64,000 nt of DNA from Mobula birostris (taxonomy: Eukaryota). The stretch is from the NCBI RefSeq assembly GCF_030028105.1, contig NC_092374.1, positions 57,669,016 through 57,733,015 of the forward strand, given 5' to 3'. Every line of letters starts with the position of its first letter. The first letter of the stretch is position 1. The notes beneath the pieces are model-generated. The model had not been told where the DNA came from. It searched no databases and saw only the letters and a list, made by a program, of their open reading frames with translations. Both the position numbers and the translations under genes were made by a program. Of this stretch, positions 52,886 through 64,000 are shown one piece after another.

Positions 52886-54100
52886 TGTTATAATATGAAC
52901 AAAGTCAACAAAGAGATACTGAAGCTAGTGGATATTAAAATGTTTATTCAAGAAAAACAAGCAACAGGCATCATATTTTGAGACACTCTTAGAAGAAGAG
53001 GCCTGCTCGACCCAATATTGTGTGACATTCTTTTTGCCAAAGATCAAATGTAACAGCAGGACAATTCTATAGTTACGATGTATCTACAATGCTTCTTTGA
53101 ATTACAAGTAGTTTTCAAACACCCCCTTCTTCACACCCACACTCTAGACACCTGAAATGAATGTTAATCCCCTCTGCCTCCAGGCCTCATGGAGTGGAGT
53201 GTTTCTTTGTTTGCAATTGACTCCAACCTGCAGCTCTAGGAAACCCACTGTTCTGAGCTGCGTTTTAAATTCAATCTGCAATCCACATTTAAATCTGAAG
53301 AATGGCTACTGTTGAGTTTAATAATTGCTATATACCCTAACTCCAGAATACGTCCTTACACTTTCCACGGGGCCCCGTATAGAGACCCCCTCACAGAGGA
53401 CCCTGGGATTGAACTGTGAACACCAGAACAGCCCGAACAGCATCATGATAACTGCTACATTACTGTTACGTCCTAAAGAAACTCGGCAAGAAGGGAAGTG
53501 TGGATTACTTCCACAGCTTGGAACCATTTATTAGCAAAGGCAAATATCAATAGTGACTTTCCTCATCACCATTAATGCATAAGCACAGCCTTTGGACATC
53601 AGAGAAAACGGTATTTGAAAACCAAGACCTCAATGCTTGTTAAAAAAAGTTTTCCTTTTCCTCCTGACATTGTCTTTATAAAGTTTTCCAAATCCAATGG
53701 CAGGATAAGTGAATGAGCATTGGTGTCCCCTCTCAGCCCATCGTCCCCAGTAATGAGGCCATAATGTCTATATTCTTTGCATTCCTGACATCCGACTTCC
53801 AAAACAGTTTATCCGTACCCCTGTAATGGGAAGGGGTTGTCCGATGGACAAGATTTTAAAAGTTTAAGTAGGCTTTTAAAGCTTCCTTTAGCAATGAAAC
53901 ACATGACACGTAGTCCATGTCTGGTTATGACCAAAGCAGCTGTGAGGATGGCAATGAAAACCTATGAACCTGGACCATTCGGAAGTTCAATGAAAGGAGC
54001 ACACTACTCAGAAAACTACCCTGCCCATCTACAGTTGAGTCTGCAGGTCCCACATTGACCTCATCTGTCTTCCTTGAACCTACTGGAGTAGAAGCAAATC
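52886..54100 (-). mobile_element. Endogenous retrovirus-like remnant with 3' LTR (52886-53121)
   Basis: Minus strand: polypurine tract GAAGAAGGGGG immediately before TGTT...AACA LTR with AATAAA; decayed integrase C-terminal-like TW..CH..HC near 53890-53980. Confidence 0.5.
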
Positions 54101-54685
54101 ATCGTGGATCCCAGAAGACCCGCTAAAAGAATACTTTGTAAGACCGGGTGAATACATGCTGAAGTCCATCAGTGGATGTTCAAAATGAATTGACAATACA
54201 AGACTCACTCACTTTACCAAGCACACACAATTCAAGCAACAAAATTAAAATCTTCTTGCTGGATAGATATGAAATACATTTAACAAGAGAAGCCAAAGGG
54301 TAGCAGCGGATAATGTCTCTCTGATTGGAGGCCTGTGATTAGTGTGTGCTGTAGTGACTGATGCTAGCTCCATTGATGTTTATCATTTATATTGATAGTT
54401 TTCCTGATTCTCTTTACCGCATCATCATGTATATTAATAATTTAGATAATAATGTGGTAAACTGGTTCAATAAATTTGCAGATAACACCAAGACTGGAGC
54501 TATAATGGACAGTAAGGAAGGCTACCAACAGTTGCAAAGTGATCTGGACCAGCTGGGAAAATGGGCTGAAAATACCAGATGGAATTTAATGCAAACATTA
54601 AGACTGAGATGCCCATACTGTAAAAGGATTGAATGGGATAGCATTTATCAAATGTATTCAGGAAAATGTCCTGAATCAATATATA

Positions 54686-54757
54686 CAGTACTGTGCAGAA
54701 GTCTTAGGCACATATACATCTACATATAGGGTGCCTGAGACCTTTGCACCATACTGA
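54686..54757. mobile_element. Tiny Tc1-type MITE
   Basis: CAGTACTGTGCAGAAGTCTTAGGCAC ... GTGCCTGAGACCTTTGCACCATACTG imperfect inverted termini; TA on the left. Confidence 0.6.
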
Positions 54758-54779
54758 ATATTATGTCTTTCCTGTTATT

Positions 54780-55660
54780 GAGTCATATCATATGCAGAAA
54801 TTCTCTGATGACTCAGCAATAGTTGGGTCTATGGAGGGAAGATGGGAGGATGAATACAGGGCTCTGGTGGAGGACTTTGTCAAATGGTGCAAATGGAATC
54901 ATCTGCAGCTCAACATTGGTAAGACAAAGGAGATGGTGATGGACTTTAGGAAGACTAAGCCTGGATTGCTCTTTATTACAACTGATGGTGAGGATCTGGA
55001 TGTGCTGAGGACCTACAAGTCCCTAGGGGTGTACCTAGATGACAAACTTGAATGGAGCACCAACACAGAGGTTGTGTACAAGGAGGGCCAGAGTCACCCC
55101 TACTTCCTGAGCAGACTGAGGTCCTTTGGAGTATGCAGGCCTCTCCTTCACCTGTTCTACCAGTCTGTTGTTGCCAGTACATTTTTCAATGTGGTGGTGT
55201 GCTGGGGCAATGGCATCAACACGAGTGATGTCAACAGGCTCAATAAACTGATTAGAAAGATTTGCTCTGTTATAGGAGTCAAACTGGACACACTAGAGGC
55301 TGTGATGGAACAAAGGACCCTACAGAAAATCCTGCAATTCTGACAATATTTTTTACCCTTTTGCATGACACCTTGGCTGGAACAGAGGAGTACTTTTAGT
55401 AGTAGACTAGTACAACTGCACTGCTCCAAAGAGCGCTATATGAGGTCATTCTTACCCTTGGCTATTTGGCTCTACAATGAGTCAACCTATAGCCAGAGAA
55501 GTGATGACCCCCCCCCCCGTAACTATAAGTTTGTGGTAACTTATTTTTTATTCTTTCTACTTCTCTTCTAATATTTATATCTGTATACTTGGAATGCTAC
55601 TGTGACACTGTAATTTCTTTTGGAGTCAATAAAGTATCTACCTATCTACCTATCTATCTT
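54780..55660 (+). mobile_element. Rex1-like LINE 3' fragment (second family)
   Basis: QKFSDDSAIVG, LQLNI.KTKEMVMDFRK and FYQSVVAS motifs; (TATC/CTAC)-like tail. Confidence 0.78.
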
Positions 55661-55764
55661 ACCAAATAACACTTAATACTACTGAGCTAATACAAAGCTA
55701 AGTACTCTTATTTCCTTTTTCCAACTAACTTCCTATTTTAACCAATAACCTATAGGCATCCTAG

Positions 55765-55855
<91 letters not shown>
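55765..55855. repeat. Compound microsatellite (CT)n(AT)n(GT)n
   Basis: Read directly from the sequence. Confidence 0.95.
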
Positions 55856-55856
<1 letters not shown>

Positions 55857-55874
55857 CCAAAACTCTTGCACAGA

Positions 55875-56720
55875 ATTGTAGAGGCCCAACTAGAGAGAGA
55901 GTGATACTGGATCTCTTATTAGGGATCGAGACAGGGCAGGTGACAGAAGTGTATGCGAGAGAACACCTTTGGTTCTTGCAATCATAGTCGTATTAACTTC
56001 AGGATAATTATGGAGAAGTTTAGGTCTGGTCCTCGGGCTGACATTCTAAATTGAAGAAAGGGTCATTTTAATTGCATCAGAAAGAATCTGGCAAGTGTGC
56101 TTTGGGGAAGATTGTTTTCTGGCAAATCTGTGGTTGCAAAGTGAGATGCCTTCAAAAGTGAAATTTTGATAGTACAGGGTTTCTATGTTCCTTTCAGAAT
56201 AAAAGGCAAGACTAACAGGTTTAGGGTACCTTGGTTTTCAAGATATATTGAGCCCCTGCTTAAGAAAAAGGAGATGCATTGCAGGTATGGGCAGGAAAGA
56301 ACAAATGAGGGACTGGTGGATATAGGAGATCCAAGGGAAAACTTAATAATGAAATCAGGAAGGCTAAAAGAAGACACAAAGAGGTTGTTCTAGCAGACAA
56401 GGTGAAGGAGAATCCTAAGGACTTTTACAGATATATTAAGAGCAAAAGGATTGTAAGGGACAAAATGATCCCCTTGAAGATCAGAGTGATAATCTACACG
56501 TGGAGCCAAAAAAATGTGGGGGAGCTCTTAAATGAATGTTTTGCATCTGTATTTACTCAAAAGAAGGCACAGAGTTTATAGAACTGAGGCAAAACACCAG
56601 CGAGGTTATGGAACATATATGGATTACTGAGGAAGAGGTTCTCACTGTCTTGAGGCAAATTAGGATGGCTAAAACCCCAGGGCCTGACGAGGTGTTCCCC
56701 TGGACATTATTGGAGGTGTC
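55875..56720 (+). mobile_element. CR1 ORF2 internal fragment
   Basis: LDLLL, PWFSR.IE and K.PGPD remnants. Confidence 0.7.
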
Positions 56721-57049
56721 AAATCTTTCCATCGGTCCTTGTAGGATGCAACTTGTGTGAAATCACGTTCAGGGGCTCAGTGAGTGGAGACAGAAGACAA
56801 TCACTACTGGTAAATAAGTTACCCGTTTATTTACAGCACACAACAAGCATTAAATATTCAGTAAACCATTGCACTCAGTTACAAATACTTATCTAATGTG
56901 CACCCAGGCCCTCTCTTACTGCAGCACAATTTCACTGTTTCCATGTCACCATCCACAACCTGGCCTACTGTGACTCAGAGAGCAAAAGGATAGCTTTCAG
57001 CATATTAGATTTATACCCTATGTGTGCTGTTGCAGGTAGGAACAAATAA

Positions 57050-57630
57050 GGGAAAACACAAAAAATGCTGGAGGGACTCTGCAGGTCAGGCAGCGTCTAT
57101 GGAAATGAATAAACAGTCGACATTTCGGGCTGAAACCATTCATCAGGGCTGGAAAAAAAGATGAGAATGTAAAGCAAGAAGGTGGTGGAGGGGAGGAAGA
57201 AGCACAAGTTGCAGGTGATAGATGGAACCATGAGAAGGGAGTGAAGAGTTTTGGCATGAAACGTCAACTGTACTTTTCCATAGATGCTGCCTGCCCTGAT
57301 GAGTTCTTCCTGCATTTTGTGTGTGTAGCTTGGATTTCCAGCATCTGCAGATTTTCTCTTGTTTGAAGTTGATTGGTAGATGCTCAGCGAAGCAGTCTCC
57401 CAATCTACATCGGGTCTCACTGATATGTAGGAGACCCCACCGGATACAGTATACCTGACAAAGATCTGGAGACTGCTTTGCAGAGCATCTACCCTCTGTC
57501 CACTAGAAAATGCAGGATCTCCTGGTAGCCACCCATCTCAATTCCACTTCGCATTCCCATTCTGACACGTCAGTCTATGGCCTCCTCTATTGCTTCTTCC
57601 TCCCCTCCCCCCACCTTCTTGCTGTGACTT
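57050..57630. mobile_element. Scrambled Penelope fragments in both orientations
   Basis: Inverted pLTR arms plus GDCFAEHL fragments on both strands. Confidence 0.65.
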
Positions 57631-58384
57631 CTCAGAGGGCTACAATGCTTCTTAAACAGGTCAATTCTAGCTAGCACAAGGATGTGGCTCTCGATAAACA
57701 GGTAAAATAAGACATCTACTGCAAATTTCCACTCCTAGAAATCTGCAACACTGTGACATCTAGTTCACAGGCTAGTATAATCTCCTGTAGGTCCCACTGT
57801 TCTACGTACAAAATGTAACACTATGATGCCCAGAACTATTGGCTCACCAGTTGCTACCCAGTGTACAACAGTAGTTCACCAACATATCAGTGCCCCATTT
57901 TCTTAACGTTTGGCTGATGCATATGTGAATGTCTCATGGCTACCATTTCGTAAATGTGTGCTCTTAACTTCAATTTACTGCTGCTTCTTGTTTGAATTAA
58001 TTTCTGCTACATTCACTTAGCTCCAGAATACTCCTTAACATACCCTCCTCTTGGCCCCTGGACAGAAATCTGTCCCAGCAAGGCCAAACTTTAAGGCTGG
58101 TCTAATTAAGTAGGTCAGCTAAAATGCCTTTCATTTCAGGTAAGGATTATGCAGTGAATGGTAGGACACCGAGGTTGCGCGGTTGAACAAGTAAACCTGG
58201 GAATACTGTTTAAACAAGTCATTTCATTTACACAGTGTAAGGAGAACAAAATAATTGTTACTCCAGATCCAATGCAGCACAAAGTAAAACACAAAAGATA
58301 AGGAACACTTTAATAATAATAATAATAATAACACATAATAAATATAAATTCATAAGATAGCTTAAATTGATAGATTGACAAGAT

Positions 58385-58997
58385 GCAACTTGACATCTAA
58401 TACTTTGACAAGCTAATGTAGATGTTTGGTGGCGAGTACGTTGATTGGTTGCATCACAGCCAGGTACAGTAAGTACACCAATGCCCTTGAAACGAAAATC
58501 CTACAAAAAGTAGTGGATACGGCCCTGTCCATCATGGGTAAAGCCTTCCCCACGATGGAACACATCTACGTGGAGCATTGTTGCAGGAAAGCTGCATCTG
58601 TCATCAAGGACCCCCAACACCTAGGTCATGCTGTCTTCTCGTTGCTGCCATCAGGAAGAAGGCATGGGAATCTCAGGAGTCACACAGCCAGGTACAGAAA
58701 CAGTTAGTGACATTCAAATCATACTCTTGAACCAGTGGGGATAACTTCACTTGCCCCAGCACAAAAATGTTCCCACAATCTACGGACTTACTTTCAAGGA
58801 CTCTTCATCTCATGTTCTCAATACACATTGGTTACTTATTTATTATAATTTTTTTATTTTGTATTTGCACAGCTTGTTGTCTTTTCACACGGGTTGTTTG
58901 CCCGTCCTGTTTTTGCAGCCTTTCATTGATTCTATGATGGTTCTTGAATTTACTGAGTATGCCTGCAAGAAAATAAATTTCAGGGTTGCATATGGTG

Positions 58998-59028
<31 letters not shown>

Positions 59029-59550
59029 CATACGTATACTTTGATAATAATTTTAATTTGAATTTTGATATATGATGTTGGTGAGACCAGTTTCTGGTCA
59101 CCAACTTGGAGGAAAGATATTAATCAACTTGAAAATTTACATGGATGTTGCTGGGACTTAAGACCTGAGTTACAGGGATAGGTTGAATAAGTTGGTACTT
59201 TATTTCACTGATTGCAGGAGAATGAGGTGTGCGTAATTATGAGGGGTGTAGATAGGATGAATGCATGCAGGTTTTTGCCCCTCAGGTTGGATGAGACTAT
59301 CACTAGTGGATGTAGGTTTAGGGTGGAAGGTGAAATATTTAAGGGGAAAATTTTCACTCAGATGGTGGAACATGCTGTCAATGGAAAGGGTGGAGGTGGG
59401 TTCATTTAAGAGAAGTTTGGATAGGTACAAGGATGAAAGAGGTGTCGAGGACTATGATTCAGATGCAGGTAGATGGGGCTAGGCAGAAAACCGGGCTGGC
59501 ACATACTAGAGGGGCCGAATGGCCTGTTTCTATGTTGCATGATTCTATAA
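58385..59550 (+). mobile_element. Rex1-like 3' fragment followed by CR1 3' fragment
   Basis: GCITA.Y and LLPSGRR, then CR1 3' end gggccgaatggcctgtttctatg. Confidence 0.7.
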
Positions 59551-61319
59551 CATAAAAGGAAATTTTCTGGACATTGTGCATTTTCCTGCAAATACCTGTA
59601 GAGGGAGCGAAAGTGCTGTTAAAGGAAGATGTTCTCTTACCACTGTTAACTTCAATTACTGTGTGCTTCAGACCTTGAAGAGCTAAGTGACAGGAAAAAC
59701 ATCAAACAAATGGTGCCATTAAAATGTTGTAGAGAAGTAAACATCTCAGATGTGTCAGCTTTACTAATTTGATTGTTTTTAATAGTTCTGATCAGTGAAA
59801 TTATTGCTATTGCTGTTGTCTTGTATGATCTAAGGACATTCTGTGACACATTATAGTTAATGAAGTATTTCTGATGTTTGGTTACTGTTGTAATGAGAGA
59901 AAGACGGCAGCCATAAGGACCCACTAAAAAGTGACAAAGTAAATTACATGCCTGATTATTTTAGGTATTGGAGTATAAATATTGATCACAAAAACAGGAT
60001 CCTTCCATTCACTTGGTGGCATTTTCACCAGTGTAGCACTCCAAACAGTAATGGAGTGGTGCATCAGTCTGCATTTTCATGCTCACCCCAGAGTGAAACT
60101 TGAATGAAAAGCCGACTAACTCCCAGCAATAGTGTTACCAACCAAGCCATATACTGTATTCCCCTGAGAAGGTCAGCACATTTTATTTTGCCTTCTCTGA
60201 AATAATAGCACTATAGCACCAATTTTAAAAAATGTCATAGGTCTCTGCACAATTGGGTTTGGGCTAGGTTCCAGAATTTTCAAATTAATGTACCTCATTT
60301 CGTCCTATACTCAGAGTGTGACTATGCTTACAAGCAATATTGAACTTTTGGCAATTGCACTTAAAGTTGTTTCATAGCAGTAGGATCTTTTTGAATTGCA
60401 TCATATCATGCAGCAAAACAGAGCTCAATTCGTTGAGTAGGTTTATTTGTACAATCAGTCTGTTGAACACTGATGAGGAACCACCCACTCTCCTTCACAA
60501 AGTAATAGCATATTGCAGAGCTTCAAAGCGTTACCTTACAATTGAATATAATTAGGATTGTCTGGAAAGCCTTTTGCAGCTGTCTGATTTTCTTCCAAGG
60601 TTGCTCCCTCAGAGCCAGATTAAAATGAATTATGGATCGGCCATTTTTCAGCTCATTGGTTGGCTTGTTTTTAATCAAAAGATTTCTTAGATTAATACCA
60701 AAGGGGAACAATGGTTCATCAAAGAAGCACAATCAAAGTCAAGTCCACGGTATTGTGGTAGACTCAACTATATGGAAATGGGTCTCGAAAAGCTGCAGTG
60801 ATGAATGATTCAATATTTGGTGGGGTGGGGGGCATTTCACTGACCACGTACAGAATGTAATTCCAGAATGGTGTGTTGCCTTCCAGTGCTAGGGTCAAGG
60901 AATTTGCTAAATAGCTACAGAGCATTTCGATGGGAGAGGTTTCACAACTAGAGTTCATGGTCCACTTTCTGGGAGATTAGTAAGTAGGATCACAAAGGTA
61001 GTAATATCAACACCACTACCTGCACCATGTGTCAATAAATATAGAAGTATGAGATTAATATAGCTGAATGTATGGCTTAAGAGAGATGGTGCAGAACAGG
61101 GCTCTTTAGATTCATGGGATATTGAGAACTGTTCTGGGAAGATTGGACCAGTACAATCTATAAAATCATAAGACATAGGAGCAATATTAGACCATTTGAC
61201 CCATCAAATCTGCTGCATCATTTGATCATGGCTGATGTATTATTCCTCTCAACCCCATTCTCCTGTCTTCTCCCTATTACCTTTGATGCCCTTACTAAAC
61301 AAGAAACTATTGACCTCCA

Positions 61320-61754
61320 TCAAAGTTGCTGGTGAACGCAGCAGGCCAGGCAGCATCTGTAGGAAGAGGTGCAGTCGACGTTTCAGGCCGAGACCCTTCA
61401 TCAGGACTAACTGAAGGAAGAGTGAGTAAGGGATTTGAAAGTTGGAGGGGGAGGGGGAGATCCAAAATGATAGGAGAAGACAGGAGGGGGAGGGATAGTC
61501 TGAGTCAAAGTGTGGTCGAAAAGTTGAAGAGCCGAAGAAATTACAGATGGGGAGCAGTGAGAGATGGTTTCACTGAACTCCCGTCGAAGAGAGGATCTAA
61601 ACTTCTTCGGTGTAGGCATCACCGGAAGAGGCTTCGCAGTAGTGAATTTAAACGCAAACAACAGGAATTCTGCAGATGCTGGAAATTCAAGCAACCCACA
61701 TCAACTTTGATGTATGTTGCTTGAATTTCCAGCATCTGCAGAATTCCTGTTGTT
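61320..61754 (-). mobile_element. Rearranged Penelope insertion (pLTR, 5' end of ORF, inverted terminus)
   Basis: 15-bp TSD AACTATTGACCTCCA at 61305-61319 and 61755-61769; same pLTR sequence as 19469-19690. Confidence 0.85.
61372..61409 (-). ncRNA. Minimal hammerhead ribozyme motif (best-preserved copy)
   Basis: Minus strand: tagtc-CTGATGA-agg gtctcgg cct-GAAAC-GTC-gactg; stem I agtc/gact, stem II agg/cct, palindromic ACGT stem III. Confidence 0.75.
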
Positions 61755-62879
61755 AACTATTGACCTCCACTGGGTTGAGTTGCAATCCAGGCAGTTTGCA
61801 ACTCAAATGGGCTGGGAAAATTGTTACTGCAGTTGGAACTAGATTGGGAGGGGATGAGAAACTAACTGCACTATACGTTGAATGCATCTACATTTTTCAG
61901 AAACACCTGTACCATGTAGTATGACTTTTGAATCATTGATGTATTGGTGATTGTTGTCAGAGTATTGTATACCATCAGTAAAGTAAGGTCTATCTTGTTA
62001 TTTACCTTATTAAGCAGCAATATGAAGAACATTGGTGACATGGATAAGTATCTTCTGAGTAAGTGGCAAGGCAGTGATCAGGTGTTAGGTAAAAGAAGGT
62101 AATAATGACCGTTGGTGAATGTGGCGTGTATGTTACACAGCCAGAAAATATGGGAGGTCGGAGACATGAGAGACCCGCAGATTTTGAAATCTAGATCAAC
62201 ACATAATCTGCTGGAGCAACTCTGTGGGTAGACCTGCATCTGTGAGGGGAATGGAATAAGACTGGCAATTTTCACAAGTTATACTGTGTATTTGGACTAA
62301 AAGAGGTGGGTAAAGGGTGTAATTTTAAGACCGTTTTAGAACAAGCCCCATGAGATCATTTAGATGGCAATCAGAGGAATTCAAACAAAACAGTTTGACG
62401 CCCTGGACCTGAAGTTTGGGGAGTTACATTTTGCTTAGAGCATGATATTGAGGGGCAGACATTGAGCAAGCCATGCAGTAAGTAAGTACCCATTTAAGAA
62501 GGGTCCATTTTTAAAAATCTGCTGGATAGGGCATATTACGTGGTTATGCAGGCCATTCAGGAAGGCAACCTCTGCTGAGGATAGTCGTCTCTTTTTTGGC
62601 ATAAATACAAGGGAACAATGACGTAGAACAGTCTCATTGGAGAACCATCCATACATTGGAGTTAGAGAATGAAGAGACAGAAACAAAAGCAGAGAATACT
62701 TAGCAGCTCAGACAGTATCTGTGGTAAGAAAAAAACAGTTCATTTTTCAGGTTGGAGATCTTTTGTCAGAATGAAGAGGTAGAGCTGGGTACTTAAATGG
62801 AATTTATTCTACAGTTGTAGAGGGAGTTATGAACAATGCATTGGTAACTCTCTTATCAATTGAAGACATAATAATAACC

Positions 62880-63445
62880 GTGTTTATCACAAGAAGACAG
62901 TTGGAATAAAGATTATTTTTCATGCTGAAAGTACGGTATGACTGTCCTAAGGAGCAGTTGTTGCCCCTCAATTATTTATGATTTATGTGGAGGAGGGGAC
63001 AGAGAGTAAGCTATCCAAGTTTGCGACTAACTTTTACAAAATTCACTGACAGAACATGTAGTATTAAGAATACTTGGTCTCCCCCCAACAGGATATAAGT
63101 GGTTGAATGAGTGGACAAATCTTGGCAAATGCAGTCTAATGTGGGAATACATGACTTTCTGGACTGATATGAAGAATTTAATGGTAGACTCTTTTCTAAA
63201 CGGAGAAAGATTTCAGTTGAGTGAAATACAAAAGGATTTGGGAGGTCTTGTCTTTGAATCACAAGTTAAATAGTGGGGGGGGGGGCTGCAAATTATTAGG
63301 AAGGCAAATGGCGTATTCCCCTTTATTTGAAGACAATTGGAGTTTAGAAATAAGGAAATAATGCTAAAATTATACTAAGTACTGGTGAGATCACATCTGG
63401 AGTATGGTGCACACTTTGGTTTCCATATTTAAGAAAGGATATAGA
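62880..63445 (+). mobile_element. Old CR1 RT fragment
   Basis: SKFA.., LVRSHLEY....W.PYLRKD remnants. Confidence 0.65.
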
Positions 63446-63519
63446 TCAAAAGAGATACACTGACATTATTGCTGGGGGTTGGGGTGGGGCCAGTATTGTC
63501 CTACCGCAATCAGCTAAAT

Positions 63520-63825
63520 ATATATAGTCATCCGTTAGTTTCATGAAACCACGGATTTGCGCCTTGGAAGGTTTCCAGGGCGCAGGCCTGGGCAAGGTTG
63601 TATGGAAGACCGGCAGTTGCCCATACTGCCAGTCTCCCCTCTCCATGCCACCGATGTTGTCCAAGGGAAGGGCATTAGGACCCATACAGCTTGGCACCAG
63701 TGTCATCACAGAGCAATGTGTGGTTAAGTTCCTTGCTCAAGGACACAACACGCTGCCTCAGCCAAGGCTCAAACTAGCGACCTTCAGATCACTAGACGAA
63801 TGCCTTAACTTCCTGGCCACGCGCC
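63520..63825 (-). mobile_element. tRNA-derived SINE
   Basis: Minus strand: ggcgcgtggccaggaagttaagg...agtttgagcc head and gtgtccttgagcaaggaacttaacc central domain; TA-rich tail. Confidence 0.65.
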
Positions 63826-64000
63826 AGCAGATGGTATGATACTGTATGACAATAGAAGTTGCACCGTTTCCAGTGGGAATTTTGAATGAGTGGACATAGT
63901 TACAAGATTGGAGGGCTGCTATTCAAAACCGAAATGCATAAGGATTTCTCACAGATGACAGTGAATCTCTGGAATTCTCTACTTTGGAGGATTGTGGAAA

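Noticed and set aside
56752-56975. Possible solo LTR
   Set aside because: A TG start and reverse AATAAA are present, but I could not define the other end or a TSD.
59600-61150. Repeat-poor stretch as exons of a neighbouring gene (HEMGN flanks TRMO in human)
   Set aside because: I found no recognisable coding similarity or consistent splice/phase structure.
1251-62770. Recurring short ORFs such as DAAWPAAFTS, CRCWKFKQ and NAAGQAAS
   Set aside because: They are translations of the non-coding Penelope pLTR repeat, not genes.
1-64000. CRISPR array or prokaryotic-type system
   Set aside because: The sequence is a spliced vertebrate locus; repeats are dispersed, not regularly spaced.

Overview
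Vertebrate genomic DNA, most likely from a cartilaginous fish (batoid/shark, inferred from the CR1, HE1/V-SINE-like, Rex1 and Neptune-Penelope repeat repertoire). The window holds one complete protein-coding gene: TRMO (tRNA m6t6A37 methyltransferase, TsaA/YaeB family) on the minus strand. I reconstructed 6 coding exons by hand (45818-45691, 40153-39999, 33046-32872, 15900-15743, 14432-13692, 6183-5945). All introns are GT-AG, phases are consistent, and the CDS is 1596 nt (531 aa), starting from a CpG-island promoter. The rest is mostly nested transposable elements: a near-intact full-length CR1 LINE, a HERO-type RLE retrotransposon interrupted by a Neptune-type Penelope element, an IR/DR Tc1 transposon, a decayed Gypsy element, an ERV remnant with a 3' LTR, many CR1 and Rex1-like fragments, and SINEs. 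The most unusual signal is a family of short Penelope-derived insertions carrying minimal hammerhead ribozyme motifs, often as fold-back elements with 11-15 bp target-site duplications. One of them has captured a 162-bp copy of nearby host DNA between its two ribozyme arms. Exon boundaries and TSDs were counted by hand; most repeat boundaries are approximate.
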